Shown here one piece after another: positions 52,051 through 64,000 of a stretch of DNA of 64,000 bases; position 1 is the stretch's first letter, and each line of letters begins with the position of its first letter. The translations under genes were made by a program, and so were the position numbers. A model generated the notes under the pieces. That model did no database searches, had not been told where the DNA came from, and saw only the letters and a program-made list of their open reading frames with translations. This stretch comes from Chiloscyllium plagiosum (lineage: Eukaryota). The stretch is from assembly GCF_004010195.1 (NCBI RefSeq), contig NW_025215335.1, positions 1 to 64,000 of the forward strand. The letters are read 5' to 3'.

Positions 52051-52537
52051 AAATCCTATTTCTGGAATGCAACTTCTTCTATCCTGTATAAAGAAAAATG
52101 ATGTATGTTACAACACAAGAAGGTAACTTGGCTCTTCAAATCCATTCAGGATCTCTGCGTTATTTACCTGCTCTCACTTGCATGCCTTTTCCCCATAGCC
52201 CTACAGGATTTTTTTTCTCTTCAACTGTTTATCCAGTTCCCTTTTAAAAACCATAATTTAATTTGCCTCACCTACTTCCTCAGACAATTGCTTTCAGGAT
52301 TCTACTTATTCATTGTAAATGTGCTACTTTCATTCTTCTGCCACTGACCCTAGATCTGTCATCCATATTTTCAAAGTCACCAGCAAGTACAGTTCCTTTG
52401 CAGCAGACTGCAAAATTTGGGCCTGTATTTATTTCATTAGCTTCATTTGTGCAAAGCATGATAAATTGTCCAATGTTCATGTCGTGTATTGTTGCTATTA
52501 TGGCAAATGTATTGTGAAGTCCATTAGTATTTTTTTT

Positions 52538-52870
52538 AGATTAGATTAGATTAGATTAGATTACTTACAGTGTGAAAACAGGCCCTTCGGCCCAACAAGT
52601 CCACACCGCCCCGCCGAAGCGCAATCCACCCATACCCCTACCTTTACCCTTTACCTAACACTATGGGCAATTTAGCATGGCCAATTCACCTGACCTGCAC
52701 ATCTTTGGACTGTGGGAGGAAACCGGAGCACCCGGAGGAAACCCATGCAGACACGAGAATGTGCAAACTCCACACAGTCAGTCGCCTGAGGCGGGAATTG
52801 AACCCGGGTCTCTGGCGCTGTGAGGCAGCTGTGAGGCAGCAGTGCTAACTGCTGTGCCACCGTGCCGCCC
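52538..52870 (-). mobile_element. HE1-type V-SINE, young
   Basis: Near reverse complement of 35610-35923; (ttaga)n tail; internal 11-nt duplication ctgtgaggcag. Confidence 0.9.
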
Positions 52871-53544
52871 ACTACTCGCCATAGTATCGTGATCATCCCC
52901 TCATCCTTTTTGGAGCAATAGGAATAAGCAAACAAATGCACCTTTGCCAGCATTGTCCACATCTCAAGGGTTGTTCATTTTTAAATGTCTCTATAACCCC
53001 ATTCCTCCTCATCTCTTTAGCCTCCTCTCTCACCAGGCCCACAAGCCTAAACTCTCTTGTTGACTCAGCCTATTTTGCAGTCACTCCCAGACTTGGTAGC
53101 TGTGCTGTTAGCTACCAGGTCCCCATTTTGGAACTCCCCTTGAACTTCTTCACCTCTTTTAAGGCTCCTTAAAACCTGCCTCCTTCCCAAGGCCATTGTT
53201 CACCTTTTCGAATCAAACCTCTAGGTTTAGCATTTTTTATCCAATACCTATGTTAAATATTGAGACATTTTATTTGTTGAAAGCTCCCTGTAGCTAAATT
53301 ACTGCAGTATCCTCCTTTTATGCTGTACTATTTTGGTTTCAGAGACCAAGTCACGCAGTTTGTTCTTTCCTCTAGTTTGGTTTCGTATCCTCATTGTGTA
53401 TTTTTATTTATCTCCTAATGCGTGCCCCTTTTATTTTTGTTTTTCCAAAAGTCTTTTTCACATTTTTTTTGCTTTGAACATTTGTGGCACTTTTTTCTTG
53501 TTCTGATACCTTGTTTATTTAACTTTTGTTGCCTTTGAGTCACT

Positions 53545-53925
53545 GATCAAAAATAAGCTCCAAATTATTCTGATTAAATTTCCCAGCACTCAGCCCATAG
53601 CCTTGTTTACCTTGGCATCTCCTCAAATATACATTTAAATACTCTTTAAATGTTAGGAGAGGTTCTTCCTTTATCGCCGTTAAGGCAGTGAGTTCCAGAT
53701 CCTGCCACTCTTTTGAGTTGGGGAAAGAAATTTCCCTCATCCCCTCTAAACCTCCTGACCCTTACCTTAAATTTGTGTCCCCAGTCATTAATCCCTCCAC
53801 CAAGGTGAAAGGGGTTACTCTCTGTATCCACTACTTACGCCCCTCATAATTTTTATATATCTCAGTCTCCTCTGCTCTAAGAAAAGCAGTCCCAATGTAT
53901 TCAACCTCTCTTCATAACTAAAACT
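53545..53925 (-). mobile_element. CR1 3' fragment
   Basis: Minus-strand GHKFKVRVRRFRGD and QGYGLSAGK. Confidence 0.7.
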
Positions 53926-54275
53926 GGACAGTAAGGTCACAATTTTTTTCTCGTGCAACTTTAATCCATTCACCCAGAACCTAAGTTTTCTACTCTGGGT
54001 TTATGATGATTTACTATGTGCAATCTTTAAAATAGGTACTTCCTTAACTTCCTCAACAACTTAATTGTCTGCTGTCTTCATTTGAAATTGAAAATACATA
54101 AACTAATGGTTTGTCTAAGCTTATGTCTTGATTTATAGCTACTGTTTTATAAAACCTATCTGCCATGTGTCAATTACCAAACCCGTGGAGGTTTTCACTA
54201 GCCTGGATTATTTGTATGTGCCACTTCCCTCTTTCCTGAGTATTAACCAATTTTCTTTCTTATTTCTTATGCCAG

Positions 54276-54360
54276 ACAAGAGTGGCAAATCTGTGGACAT
54301 TTTTGCTATTGGATTTGAGGAAATGGTTGAGCTCAATGCAGGAAATATTGTAAGTGCAAG
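54276..54360 (+). CDS. SYNJ1: SYNJ1 coding exon (85 nt): [29 protein letters not shown]
   Basis: cttatgccag| acceptor, |gtacgt donor; IGFEE motif. Confidence 0.95.
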
Positions 54361-55454
54361 GTACGTAGTAATGTATGTTTCTATTATTGGTAATTCTAAT
54401 GAAGAAATAAAGTGAATGACAATCTATGCATTACCATTTAGGATCAATTTTGTATAATGTGGTTGCAAACATAAGCCAAGTGATTGTACTTTGAAATTTG
54501 GGTTTCTTTAAACATGAAGTGTACTTGTTCATGGGAGAAGAATGATTTATTGTGTTAAATTACATTTAATGGTGTTAACAATAGTATTAACACATGGGTT
54601 TCCTTTTTGACCCTAATATCATCATGCAATAATCTGAGCTGAAGTCTTTATTACATTCCAATATTGATTCTTTTGCATAACTGCTGGTTCATTTCACTTC
54701 AAATATGTCAATTTAAATCTAAGGTGGTGTTCAGGTCTAATCTTATTGATCAAGGAAATAAATTCTGCAATCTTAAAAAAATTGAAATATGTTGCAATTC
54801 TTGCAGTGAATTTACTTTGCTAGTGTGAAACACTTAGCTGGATCTTAAATTCCCTGCCCGTGGGTTTGAAGGCAAGCAAAGTGGGCACCACATCTACTGC
54901 CTGCCCACTTGACCATGCCTCCCCTACATTTATACACAGGAAGGTGAAGGTGTCGGGCTGCCGATCCACCCTTCGATCAATTAAGCCGTGTGTACATAAC
55001 GCCAATATCATATATTGAGTGTTAAATACAGTGTTAGGACCACAGTCCATGGTGAATAATTGAATAATTATTTGCAAGTGCTTGAAAACTGAAATAAGGC
55101 TGAAAATACTAGGTTAGTCAGGCTTGCATGTAGATTGGAAAATCTCAATTTTTGTTTCAGATCCATGGCCTTCATCAGATTTGCATGTAATTGAAATTGG
55201 AACTTGGTTAAATATCATTTATCATAGGTTTTTATCTTTAGAGAAATGTTTGAAAATATGAGTAATGTTCTTGCTTTTCAATGTGGCTCATCAGATATTA
55301 CCTAGTAATGTCCAAAACATTCCATTTCTTAGACTGGAGCGAAATGAGATCTTGCATTTTGCAGCAACTGTAATTTGTTCCCCAATCTAACAGATATAAG
55401 CATTATACATGTACTAGTATACTCTGATTCTTATTATGTATAACTGTTTGATAG

Positions 55455-55595
55455 CACTACTAATCAGAAGCTGTGGGCAGCTGAGATACAGAAGAGTATC
55501 TCCAGGGATTGCAAGTATGTTCTTTTAGCTTCTGAGCAGCTCGTGGGTGTCTGCTTGTTCGTTTTTATCCGACCACAGCACGCGCCATACATCAG
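55455..55595 (+). CDS. SYNJ1: SYNJ1 coding exon (141 nt): [47 protein letters not shown]
   Basis: gtttgatag| acceptor, |gttagt donor. Confidence 0.95.
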
Positions 55596-56518
55596 GTTAG
55601 TCTGTTTTGTAACATTTGATAAGTCAAAATTTGTTTTTAGCTGTATTTCCACGACAAGAAAAAAAACAACATTGCAATATTATTTTAACAGTTCAGTAAC
55701 TTGTGCAAATGTAATGTTTGAATCAAAACGCTTCACTCTGAGGCATTCAACCATCCTTTCAGGATGACAGTGATTCAGTTGTACATCAAGTTAGAGAGAT
55801 ACTGCCCTGTGGGCAATTAAGTTTTATAATCTTGTTTTTAAAAAAAAAAATCAGTTGAACTGCTATATACATTTGGTAAAACAACTGGTACTGGTACGTA
55901 TCTATCACTTTAATGCTGCTCTTTGAACCTTCTCAACTCTGGGTATTTTCAATAGTTGCTATTTTTAATTGGCATCTGAGTTTGGGTTTTGTCCAAGTAC
56001 TATGTGGACTTTTCCTCTCTAGTTATAATTAAAAGTAAATTTGTTCCACAAAACAATGGTAATTCAGTTGGCTAGACATTAATTGAGATGTCTTTTATCT
56101 GTGAACTTGTTTTCAAATTCAGCTCATATCTTAATGGGAGTCATAATCTAGTTCTATAATTTGGCTTGAAATCGATAGTATTTAGTGAGGTTGCTGTGCT
56201 ATATGGAAAATTGTACATGAGCAGTGATCCATAATTGAGGCTGAGAAAACAAATGGAACTTTATCCTCTAGTAAACTGCTGTCCCTTGAGGTAATCCCTG
56301 TTTATTAACTTAATTCTCATTTGAAAAACATCTTATTCTTTAGTAATGATGTTATCCCTTTAAGCACAAAATTGACTAAAAATAGTAATGAAGGATATAT
56401 TTTGCTATTAACAGCAAGCTGTTGGGTAAGTTTTTGCTTAAAAGGTATTTATTGACTTATTAAAACACTTTGTTAAATGTTCTCTTTTGCTAATTAGACT
56501 TATGGAATTTGATTTCAG

Positions 56519-56711
56519 GGATGTAGCAGTTGACACTGTTAAAACTGGAATGGGAGGAGCCACTGGTAACAAAGGGGCAGTTGCTGTTCGTATGGTGTTC
56601 CATAGTACCAGCCTTTGCTTTGTTTGTGCACATTTTGCTGCTGGCCAATCGCAAGTCAAAGAAAGGAATGAAGATTACATTGAAATAGCTCGCAAACTGA
56701 GTTTTCCAATG
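56519..56711 (+). CDS. SYNJ1: SYNJ1 coding exon (193 nt): [24 protein letters not shown]...CAHFAAGQ...LSFPM
   Basis: gatttcag| acceptor, |gtatga donor; GNKG and HFAAG motifs. Confidence 0.96.
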
Positions 56712-57147
56712 GTATGATCAACAACAATGGATGAATATTTTCATTCTCGTTTTGTGTTGAAGTACAAGAATTAAGGAGGCTTTAATAGTCCCTAAGTAAC
56801 TTTTATTTTGTTGGCATAAAGCGCAAGTATTTATGTTTAAAGATAAAGGTATGGATTAGTAGCATGTTTGTGGAATAAATTTCATTTAAAAATATACTTG
56901 CAATGATAGCTCCTTTCAGAGCCTCAGCATGTCCTAAAGCTCTAACCATTGAAGTACTTTTGACATCTTGTAGGAAACATATTTTTTTCTGTTTCGTTCA
57001 TGGGATATAGGTGTCACTGGCTTTGCAAGCATTGTTGACAATTTGAGAACAGCAAGCTCTCAAACAGCAATATAATTTTAACCAGAATTTTGTTTTATGT
57101 TGAATGAGATTTCACATTATAGGAAGGATGTGGAAGCTTTGGAAAGG

Positions 57148-57241
57148 TCTGATGAAGGGCTTTTGCCCGAAACGTCGATTTTGCTGCTCCTTGGATGCTG
57201 CCTGAACTGCTGTGCTCTTCCAGCACCACTAATCCAAAGGT
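57148..57241 (+). mobile_element. Single-arm PLE-terminus insertion in CR1
   Basis: TSD TTTGGAAAGG at 57138-57147 and 57242-57251; same family as 40255-40505. Confidence 0.8.
57149..57176 (+). ncRNA. Hammerhead core, intact, but the 5' strand of stem I is lost by truncation
   Basis: CTGATGA-A-GGGC(tttt)GCCC-GAAAC-GTC begins 1 nt inside the insertion boundary. Confidence 0.6.
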
Positions 57242-57889
57242 TTTGGAAAGGATTCAGTGGAGATTTACTAGGATGTTGCCTGATTTGGAGGGAAGGTCTT
57301 ATGAGGCAAGGCTGAGGGACTTGAGGCTGTTTTTCTTCAAAAGAAGAAGGTTGAGAAGTGACTTGATTGAGACATAAGATAATCAGAGGGTTAGATAGGG
57401 TGGACAGTGGGAGCCTTTTTTCTCAGATGGTGATGACTAGCACAAAGGGACATAGCTTTAAATTGAACGGTGATAGATATAGATAGATGTCAGAGGTAGT
57501 TTCTTTCCTCAGTAGTAAGGGCGTGGAATGCACTGCCTGCAACAGTAGTAGACTTGCCAGTTTTAAGGGCAATTAAATGGTCATTGGATAAACACATGGG
57601 TGAAAATGGAATAATGTAAGATAGATTGGTTTCACGGGTTAACGCAACATTAAGGGCTGAAGGGCCTGTACTGCGGTGTAATGTTCTATTAATGGAATTC
57701 CAGCATTCATTCTTTTTCAAAAGAGCTGGACTGAGGAGATTCAAGTAACTTTTATCTATGAATGGGATTGGCTTCACTTTCTTTTTTTGAGGGAAAGTTT
57801 ATCACTTATTGCCTTATGAAGTTATGCACTGTGCATTAAAATAGTGCTTTTATCAGTCTAGACAAATCTTGTTTCTAAATGATTGGAAG

Positions 57890-58290
57890 TGCACTCATCT
57901 CTAACTCATAATGTTCTGGGTTCAAGTGTCATTCTAGTGCTTTACAGAAATCAAGCCTGCAATTGCTGCACTGTTGGTAAGTACCGTATTTTGGTTGAGA
58001 CATAAACTGGCCCCATCTGCCTACTCTGAAGAATGTAAAAGAACACAAGGTGCTATTTTGAAGAAAAACAGAAGGAGACTGATCCCTGGTATTCTGGCCA
58101 AAGTTTATTACTCAGTGAATATTATAAAGTCAAATTATCCGGTCATTATGCTGCTGTTTGAGAGTTTCCAGTGCACAAATTAAGTGCCATGTTTGCTAAA
58201 TTACAACCATGACTGCATTTCAAAAATAAGTACAGTAAAATACATTGAAACATCTGGTGACATAATCTGTACAATGTAATTTTTTTGAAG
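57890..58290 (+). mobile_element. Ancient Deu-domain SINE (SacSINE1/AmnSINE1-like); other remnants at about 5335-5490, 37930-38260 (-) and 38650-38910
   Basis: tgtaaaaga...ctattttgaaga...ctggcca...ttatccggtcattat..tgctgtttg...gtgcacaaatt..tgcc..gttt...ttacaac..tgact..atttcaaaa resembles the Deu-SINE core. Confidence 0.55.
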
Positions 58291-59242
58291 ATATATTTCA
58301 TTACTTTGTGATCTTTATTTTACTCGATTACATTGCCAAATTTCAGCCAAAATGACTCCTATAAAGCAAGTTTAAAATTAATTGCAAACTTATTATAATG
58401 TGTACTACATTATTGTGGCAAAGTCATGGTGTCCCTCCTTCTGGGTCAGAAGGACCAGGTTCAAAGCCCAACAGCCCCAGGTGTTTCTCATAACATACCT
58501 GAATAAGTTGATTAAATATATCAGCAATAATGTGTTGATGTAATCTTTTAAACTGAAATATGTGCCAAAGTTTTTTCCAGTTGTGAAATCACATGAAGGC
58601 AAGTTAATTAAATAGAATGGGAGTGGCCCAGAGCTCTACTGCCATCCTCCCTCTATCTGAATTAAGTTCTGTACATAAAGGTGCAAGCTCGATGAAAGTG
58701 GTCAGTCAAAGGTCACTTAAGGACCTATTCCCACCGGAGCTAAATTATCTCCTCAAAGCAGGATGAGAATTTGCCCACCTGACTGGAAACCAGTGCAAGT
58801 TGGCTGCAGTTGTGGAGGGTGACCTTTGATCTGCACTGATTTGTGGAGGGTGCATATTGGTCAGTGACAGTCATCATCTGCCTCTCTTGCATTCTCCCAA
58901 ACCCATAAACACACTCCTCACAAAGCACCTCGCTGAGATTTTGCCCTTGAGATGGTTAGTGTCCTCCAGGTAGTGGCGACAGGTTTCAGTGGAATTGCTG
59001 AATATGAAAACTGTTGATCCTAGCAGGTGGGACTCACTTGATCTGGGTCCTAATTCCAATTGAAAATCTATTGTGGACTAATTGGGTGCCTGATTGCTAG
59101 AGGTTTTGAGCCTTTGGAGCCTAACCACACAAGGCCTTCTCTACACAAATTTTGCTTTTGAACTTAGTCCAAAGATTCTACTCAAAGTTTTAGGTTGTGA
59201 CGCAAATTTGTCGACAGAGATTTGCTGTCTCAATTATTAAGC

Positions 59243-59353
59243 TTAAAATGTGTTGCTGGAAAAGTGCAGCGCTTTTCCAGCAACACATTTTCAGCTCTGA
59301 TCTCCAGCGTCTGATTTCATTTCCAGCATCTGCAGTCCTCACTTTCTCCTGTA
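59243..59353. mobile_element. Short fold-back PLE-terminus insertion without a ribozyme core
   Basis: Hairpin AAAATGTGTTGCTGGAAAAG...CTTTTCCAGCAACACATTTT; TSD TCAA(T/C)TATTAAGC at 59230-59242 and 59354-59366. Confidence 0.75.
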
Positions 59354-59483
59354 TCAACTATTAAGCCAACCAGTGTCCCAATTGTCAGTTAGATGCAGAA
59401 TTACGGGGCACCTCCTTCATAGTTTGTTCACATTAAAATTGAAAGATGGAAAATTACAGGGGTCATCTATCTAAAGTACATTC

Positions 59484-59521
59484 TGGATTAGTGGTGCTGG
59501 AAGAGCACAGCAGTTCAGAAC
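59484..59521 (-). mobile_element. 38-bp PLE-terminus insertion with a 17-bp TSD
   Basis: CTATCTAAAGTACATTC at 59467-59483 and 59522-59538; the insert is the reverse complement of the 3' part of 57148-57241. Confidence 0.75.
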
Positions 59522-59864
59522 CTATCTAAAGTACATTCCTGCTCTTAATAGCTCTAGGTGATGATTGCTGACTATGACGAATCAGTGTGTTATATTGGAC
59601 TCCTGATCTTGAGGCACAATGAGGGAGATTTAACAAAACCTGCCTTGTAGTAAAGACAAAAAATTGGTTCAAGATTATAGCCAGTGAAATAAGCAAATGG
59701 ACTTAAAGCAAAAGCTTAAATAATTAAAGAAAACCAGGGCAGGTTTTTCCAACAATGCCAAAGTGGGAGAACTGTAAACTATTAAAAACACAGGTTATTT
59801 TGACAGAAAATAACTTTTTAACTTAACAATTTAATTCTGAGCTATGTGTTTCTGCTTTTACTAG

Positions 59865-60029
<165 letters not shown>

Positions 60030-60464
60030 TAAAAGTTTATTTTTAAAGTGTTAAGTTTAATGTTTATCAATATTATATGTGAAAAGTACATTTGTAGAAG
60101 ACTCTTAAATAACATTATTTTTGTCAAATAAATATTTTTTAACGGTCGGACTGCAGGGAGGCAGAGAATATAGCACGTCTTACTCCATCTTGTAATTGAA
60201 CTTTAATTAGCAAGAAATAGATCTAATGTAGTATTTGAATTCTCTAAATTGAAGAACGTGTTCAGACAATGCATTTATGCCCTTTTTGCAACCTGCTAGT
60301 GTTGTGTTGTGAATGGTTTCAAAACTGTTGTGCACAAAGTATAAAACTAAATCAATAAATATTACAAGATGACACATTCCTTATGAAACAAATTTTTAAA
60401 ATCGCTACAGAAACGGTTACCTTGACATCTAGAGCTGAAGAACGTTCATAACAGCAAAACTGGA

Positions 60465-60680
60465 CTATTCAGCAGGTCTGGCAGCATTTCTTTCCATTCC
60501 TGATGAAAGGTCTTTGACCTGAGATGTCAGCACATCTGCCAGACCTACGAAATCTTTCCAGTTCTGATTAAAAGGACATCAACCTGAAAGGTTAACTCTT
60601 GTTCCTCTCCATAGATGCTGTCTAACCTGCTGAGTTTTTCTACTCTTTCTTATTTAGATTTCCAACATTTGCAATATTTT
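60465..60680. mobile_element. Decayed PLE-terminus cluster
   Basis: CTGATGA-A-AGGTC(ttt)GACCT-GAGA-TGTC at 60500-60528 followed by gttaactc...gatgctg...acctgctgagttt. Confidence 0.55.
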
Positions 60681-61059
60681 ACTATTGTAAATGCAAGAAT
60701 ATCTCAAAAGATCATGGTAGAAGGCCAATTTTACTTAATTATTGCCACTTACTTAAAATCCACTGAATGTTATACTCTTGCTTCATACTTAAATGACAAG
60801 CAAGTTGATTGAACTTCCTAGAAAATGTAACTTTCACTCAGTACAACAAAATGTTAATTTAATGTTCAGTATTTCATACCAGAAGTACCAAATATATCTT
60901 TCCCAAACCATCTGCATACAATTTGCAGTTGTGAAATTTGCAGTGTAATTCACATCTGTAAGGTCATGAGACCATATCTGTCCAGCAAGGAACAATTGTT
61001 CTAGTTTTCAATCTGATAATTTGATCAGTTGGTTAAATCATTTCTGTTTGCTTTTGCAG

Positions 61060-61216
61060 ATTTTCCGAGAATTCTTAGAAGGTAGAATAAACTTTGCACC
61101 AACATACAAATATGACCTGTTCTCAGATGATTATGACACAAGTGAGAAATGTCGAACACCAGCCTGGACGGATCGAATTCTTTGGAAAAGAAGAAAATGG
61201 CCGGTTGACAAATCAG
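61060..61216 (+). CDS. SYNJ1: SYNJ1 coding exon (157 nt): [19 protein letters not shown]...[11 protein letters not shown]...DKS
   Basis: cttttgcag| acceptor, |gtatga donor; PTYKYD and PAWTDRILW motifs. Confidence 0.96.
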
Positions 61217-61942
61217 GTATGATAAATTAATTTACTGATGTGTATTGTTACTTTACTTGTCTACTTGTACCTCACGCTTACCTATTTTTCTTGTGCTGTC
61301 TTGATCCTCTGCATTGTACAGATAACCATGCTATTCTTGTTCTCCCCGATTCCCATCCACCTGTACCCATCACCTTTTTTGCAGGGTGCAAAATGTCAGA
61401 TAACTTGCAACTCCAGTCTGCTGACCATGCTTCCTATAAGTGTAGATGTTTGGTAATGTGCACTTAACCCTAAACATTTTCAGCTTCCTGCATGTGACTG
61501 GTTGTTTTGTAACTTAGAGAACGCCAGCTGTGTTTAAAGGATATATACTGTATGCAGAGTACAAAAATACCTGCCATTCCTGATTTATCTTTTAATCAGT
61601 TAAAACAGGAAGTCAGCTGCTGCTCCAATATTCTTATTTTGTGCATGACCTGTCTTCATTTTTGAGTCCGGAGATGCAACAGGATTTTGAATAGAAGTAT
61701 TCCAAAGGTTCTAAGTACAACCACTGCTGGGACGTTTGCCTCAACTTGAACTACCAACTCATCATGAAAATAACACATTGCACAATAAAGTTTAGATGTC
61801 AAGTTCTCAATGCACATCCATTATGCAAATTTACAAAACTATCCACTGGCTTCCACTGTCCTTAGATTTTTATTTATTTTGTGGCAGCAGGTGATTGAGG
61901 AAAGAAATTCACGCTGTATCCATTACTTTCTGTCTTTTGCAG

Positions 61943-62060
61943 CTGAAGACCTGGATTTGTTGAATTCCAGTATTAAGGATGAACATAAGCTAACTAATTC
62001 TTGGAGTCCTGGAACACTCACATATTATGGACGAGCAGAACTGAAAACATCTGATCATAG
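61943..62060 (+). CDS. SYNJ1: SYNJ1 coding exon (118 nt): [10 protein letters not shown]...[13 protein letters not shown]
   Basis: tcttttgcag| acceptor; weak |gtccag donor where similarity to SYNJ1 ends; SDHR motif. Confidence 0.9.
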
Positions 62061-62409
62061 GTCCAGTAAACATATTTGTTATTGAAGCAATGTGAAATCT
62101 AGGGTTATAGAAGCCAAATATCTGAAATAATATTCAAAGTAAAATTATTAACACTTTACTTTTGAGTTTATCAGTTGATTTCATAGGTTGGTCACCGATA
62201 TATTAAACTTTTAAAAATGCATGACATGTGAATGCACTGAATGACTTCATGTTGAAACAGAAGTTAAAGACTGGTCATTTAGCCCATTGAATTCACTCAC
62301 AATGGCTTCCAAATGATCATGGCTGATTCTTTAGCTCTCGGCCATACTTTCACCATATCCCTTGACACTTTAGCTCCTGAAAAGCTATTTCTTCAATATA
62401 TTCAGTGAG

Positions 62410-63330
62410 AACTGGAAACAACGTAGAATTCAGCCATAGAGGACCGAGAGGTTGATTTAAATGGGGAGGAAAAAAAGGAGTAAGTGTGTAAAATTGCAAG
62501 GAATACAGAAGAAGTGGAACACACACTCTTCCCTATATGTAAATAGAGAAAAAGAAAGTGAAAACAAATTTGGGCCCTTACAGTCTCAAAGGGGGAGAAC
62601 TAAAAATGGCAAACAAGGAAATCCCAGAGTAATTAAACTGCTACTTTCATTCTGCCTTCACAAAAGGCGGCATAAATAATTCCACAAAAATGCTTGGGTC
62701 AGTTGGCAAGTGGAAATTGAAAGAAATTAGTTTTTAAAAAAAAGTGCATGAGAAATTAATGGGACTGAAAGCTTAGTAGTCCTCAAAGCCCAATCTATTT
62801 GCCAGAGTGTGCAGTACTCTGCAGTTTGACCTCCTTATCCATGAAAATATACATTAGAAGGAGATGGCCATGGAAAAAGTGGATGCATTTGGTCACAATC
62901 TTCTAAAATTATATAGATTCCAGAACAGGCCTAGCAAATGTAATGCCTTTATTTAAAAAGCAGTGAGAAAACCTGAAAATGCAGCTGGTTAGCTTAGTTG
63001 AGTTGTACAGAAGATGTGATAATTGTACATTTGGAGTCACTTAGTGAGGATGTGATAATTGTACATTTGGAAGATATCAATTAGATTACGTAAAGTCAAC
63101 GTAGTTTTTAATGAAAGAAAAATCATGTTTAACAAACCTAATGGATTTTTTCTGAGAATGTAATAGTAGAATCGGGGGTGGGAGAAAACTAGTGGATGCA
63201 TTTCAAAGTTTTTGATAATGTTCCACATGAAAGGTCAGCAGGCAAAATCAGAGCACATAAAATTAGTGGTACTACACAGGTATAGATTGAGAATTTATTA
63301 GCAGACAAAGTAAAGAGGGAATAAGTACAC
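62410..63330 (+). mobile_element. Decayed CR1 ORF2 fragment
   Basis: gggcccttacagtc, tactttcattctgccttcaca, aaatcatgtttaacaaaccta and tttgataatgttccacat remnants. Confidence 0.6.
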
Positions 63331-63450
63331 TAAATGTCATCTGATGTACATCCCTGCTTTTATATTCCAGTCCCCTCAAGATGAATGATGTTGTATTTGC
63401 CTTCCTAACTACCTACTGAACCTGAACGTTTACCTTAAGAGTTTACCTCA

Positions 63451-63767
63451 GGCGGCACAGTGGCTCAGTGTTTAACACTGCTGCCTCAAATGCCAGGGAC
63501 CCAGGTTCAATTCCAGCTTTGGGCAATTGTCTGTGTAGAGTTTGCACATTCTCCCGTGTCTGCGTGGGTTTCCTCTGGGTGCACCGGTTTCCTCCCACAC
63601 TCCAAAGATGTGCAGGTCAGGTGAATTGGCCATGCTAAGTTGCCCATAGTGTTGGCTGCATTAGTCAGAGGGAAATGGGTCTGGATGGGTTACTCTTCAG
63701 AGGGTTTGTGTGGACTTGTTGGGCTGAAGGGCCTGTTTCCACACTGTAGGGAACCTAATCTAATCTG
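63451..63767 (+). mobile_element. HE1-type V-SINE
   Basis: ggcggcacagtggctcagtg head, V-domain and ctaatctaatct tail. Confidence 0.88.
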
Positions 63768-64000
63768 ATACATAGACTAGGACTCCCAAGTCCTTTTGCA
63801 GTTCAGATTTCTGAATTTTCTTCCCATTTAGAAAATAGTCCATGCCTGTTTTCTTCCGACCTAAGTGCATGACCTCTTGCTTTCCCACGTTGTATTTCAT
63901 CTACCACTTCTTTGGCTACTCTCCTAACCCTGTCTAAATCTTTCTGCAGCAACTCCATCTCCTCAATACTACCTGTTCCGCCACCTACCCTTGTATCATC

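Larger units (their letters stand above)
57113..57690 (+). mobile_element. CR1 3' fragment with a nested PLE terminus
   Basis: HYRKDVEALER|IQWRFTRMLP...RRLRSDLIET; 3' tail gggcctgtactg. Confidence 0.82.

Noticed and set aside
54350..54355. Consensus GTAAGT inside the exon, 11 nt before the called donor
   Set aside because: It encodes conserved Val-Ser and its use would frameshift; the downstream AAG|gtacgt keeps the frame.
63013..63071. 23-bp direct repeat GATGTGATAATTGTACATTTGGA with a 13-nt spacer
   Set aside because: Only two units inside a decayed CR1; a local duplication, not a CRISPR-like array

Overview
This is AT-rich, repeat-dense vertebrate genomic DNA, almost certainly from an elasmobranch (shark), as inferred from HE1-type V-SINEs, CR1/HER1-like LINEs and Deu-domain SINEs. 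It holds the central part of the synaptojanin-1 gene (SYNJ1) on the + strand: 18 GT-AG coding exons from 17578 to 62060, about 2.47 kb spliced in one reading frame. They encode most of the Sac1 phosphatase domain (CLDCLDRT) and the inositol 5-phosphatase domain ([27 protein letters not shown]), and include a 24-nt microexon at 45329-45352. The first coding exon and the 3' exons were not found in the window. The introns are full of nested retroelements. Three signals stand out. (1) At least four families of Penelope-like element (PLE) derivatives carry minimal hammerhead ribozyme cores (CTGAnGA-N-stemII-GAAA-palindromic stem III). They are often arranged as inverted repeats or palindromes with 10-17 bp target-site duplications, and one sits about 290 nt upstream of the microexon. 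(2) A 766-bp antisense 28S rRNA fragment replaces the C-terminal part of a CR1 ORF2 and is fused to that LINE's 3' tail. (3) Several fold-back or templated-insertion junctions occur. Exon coordinates were read by hand. Repeat boundaries are approximate, and family names come from motif recognition, not database searches.
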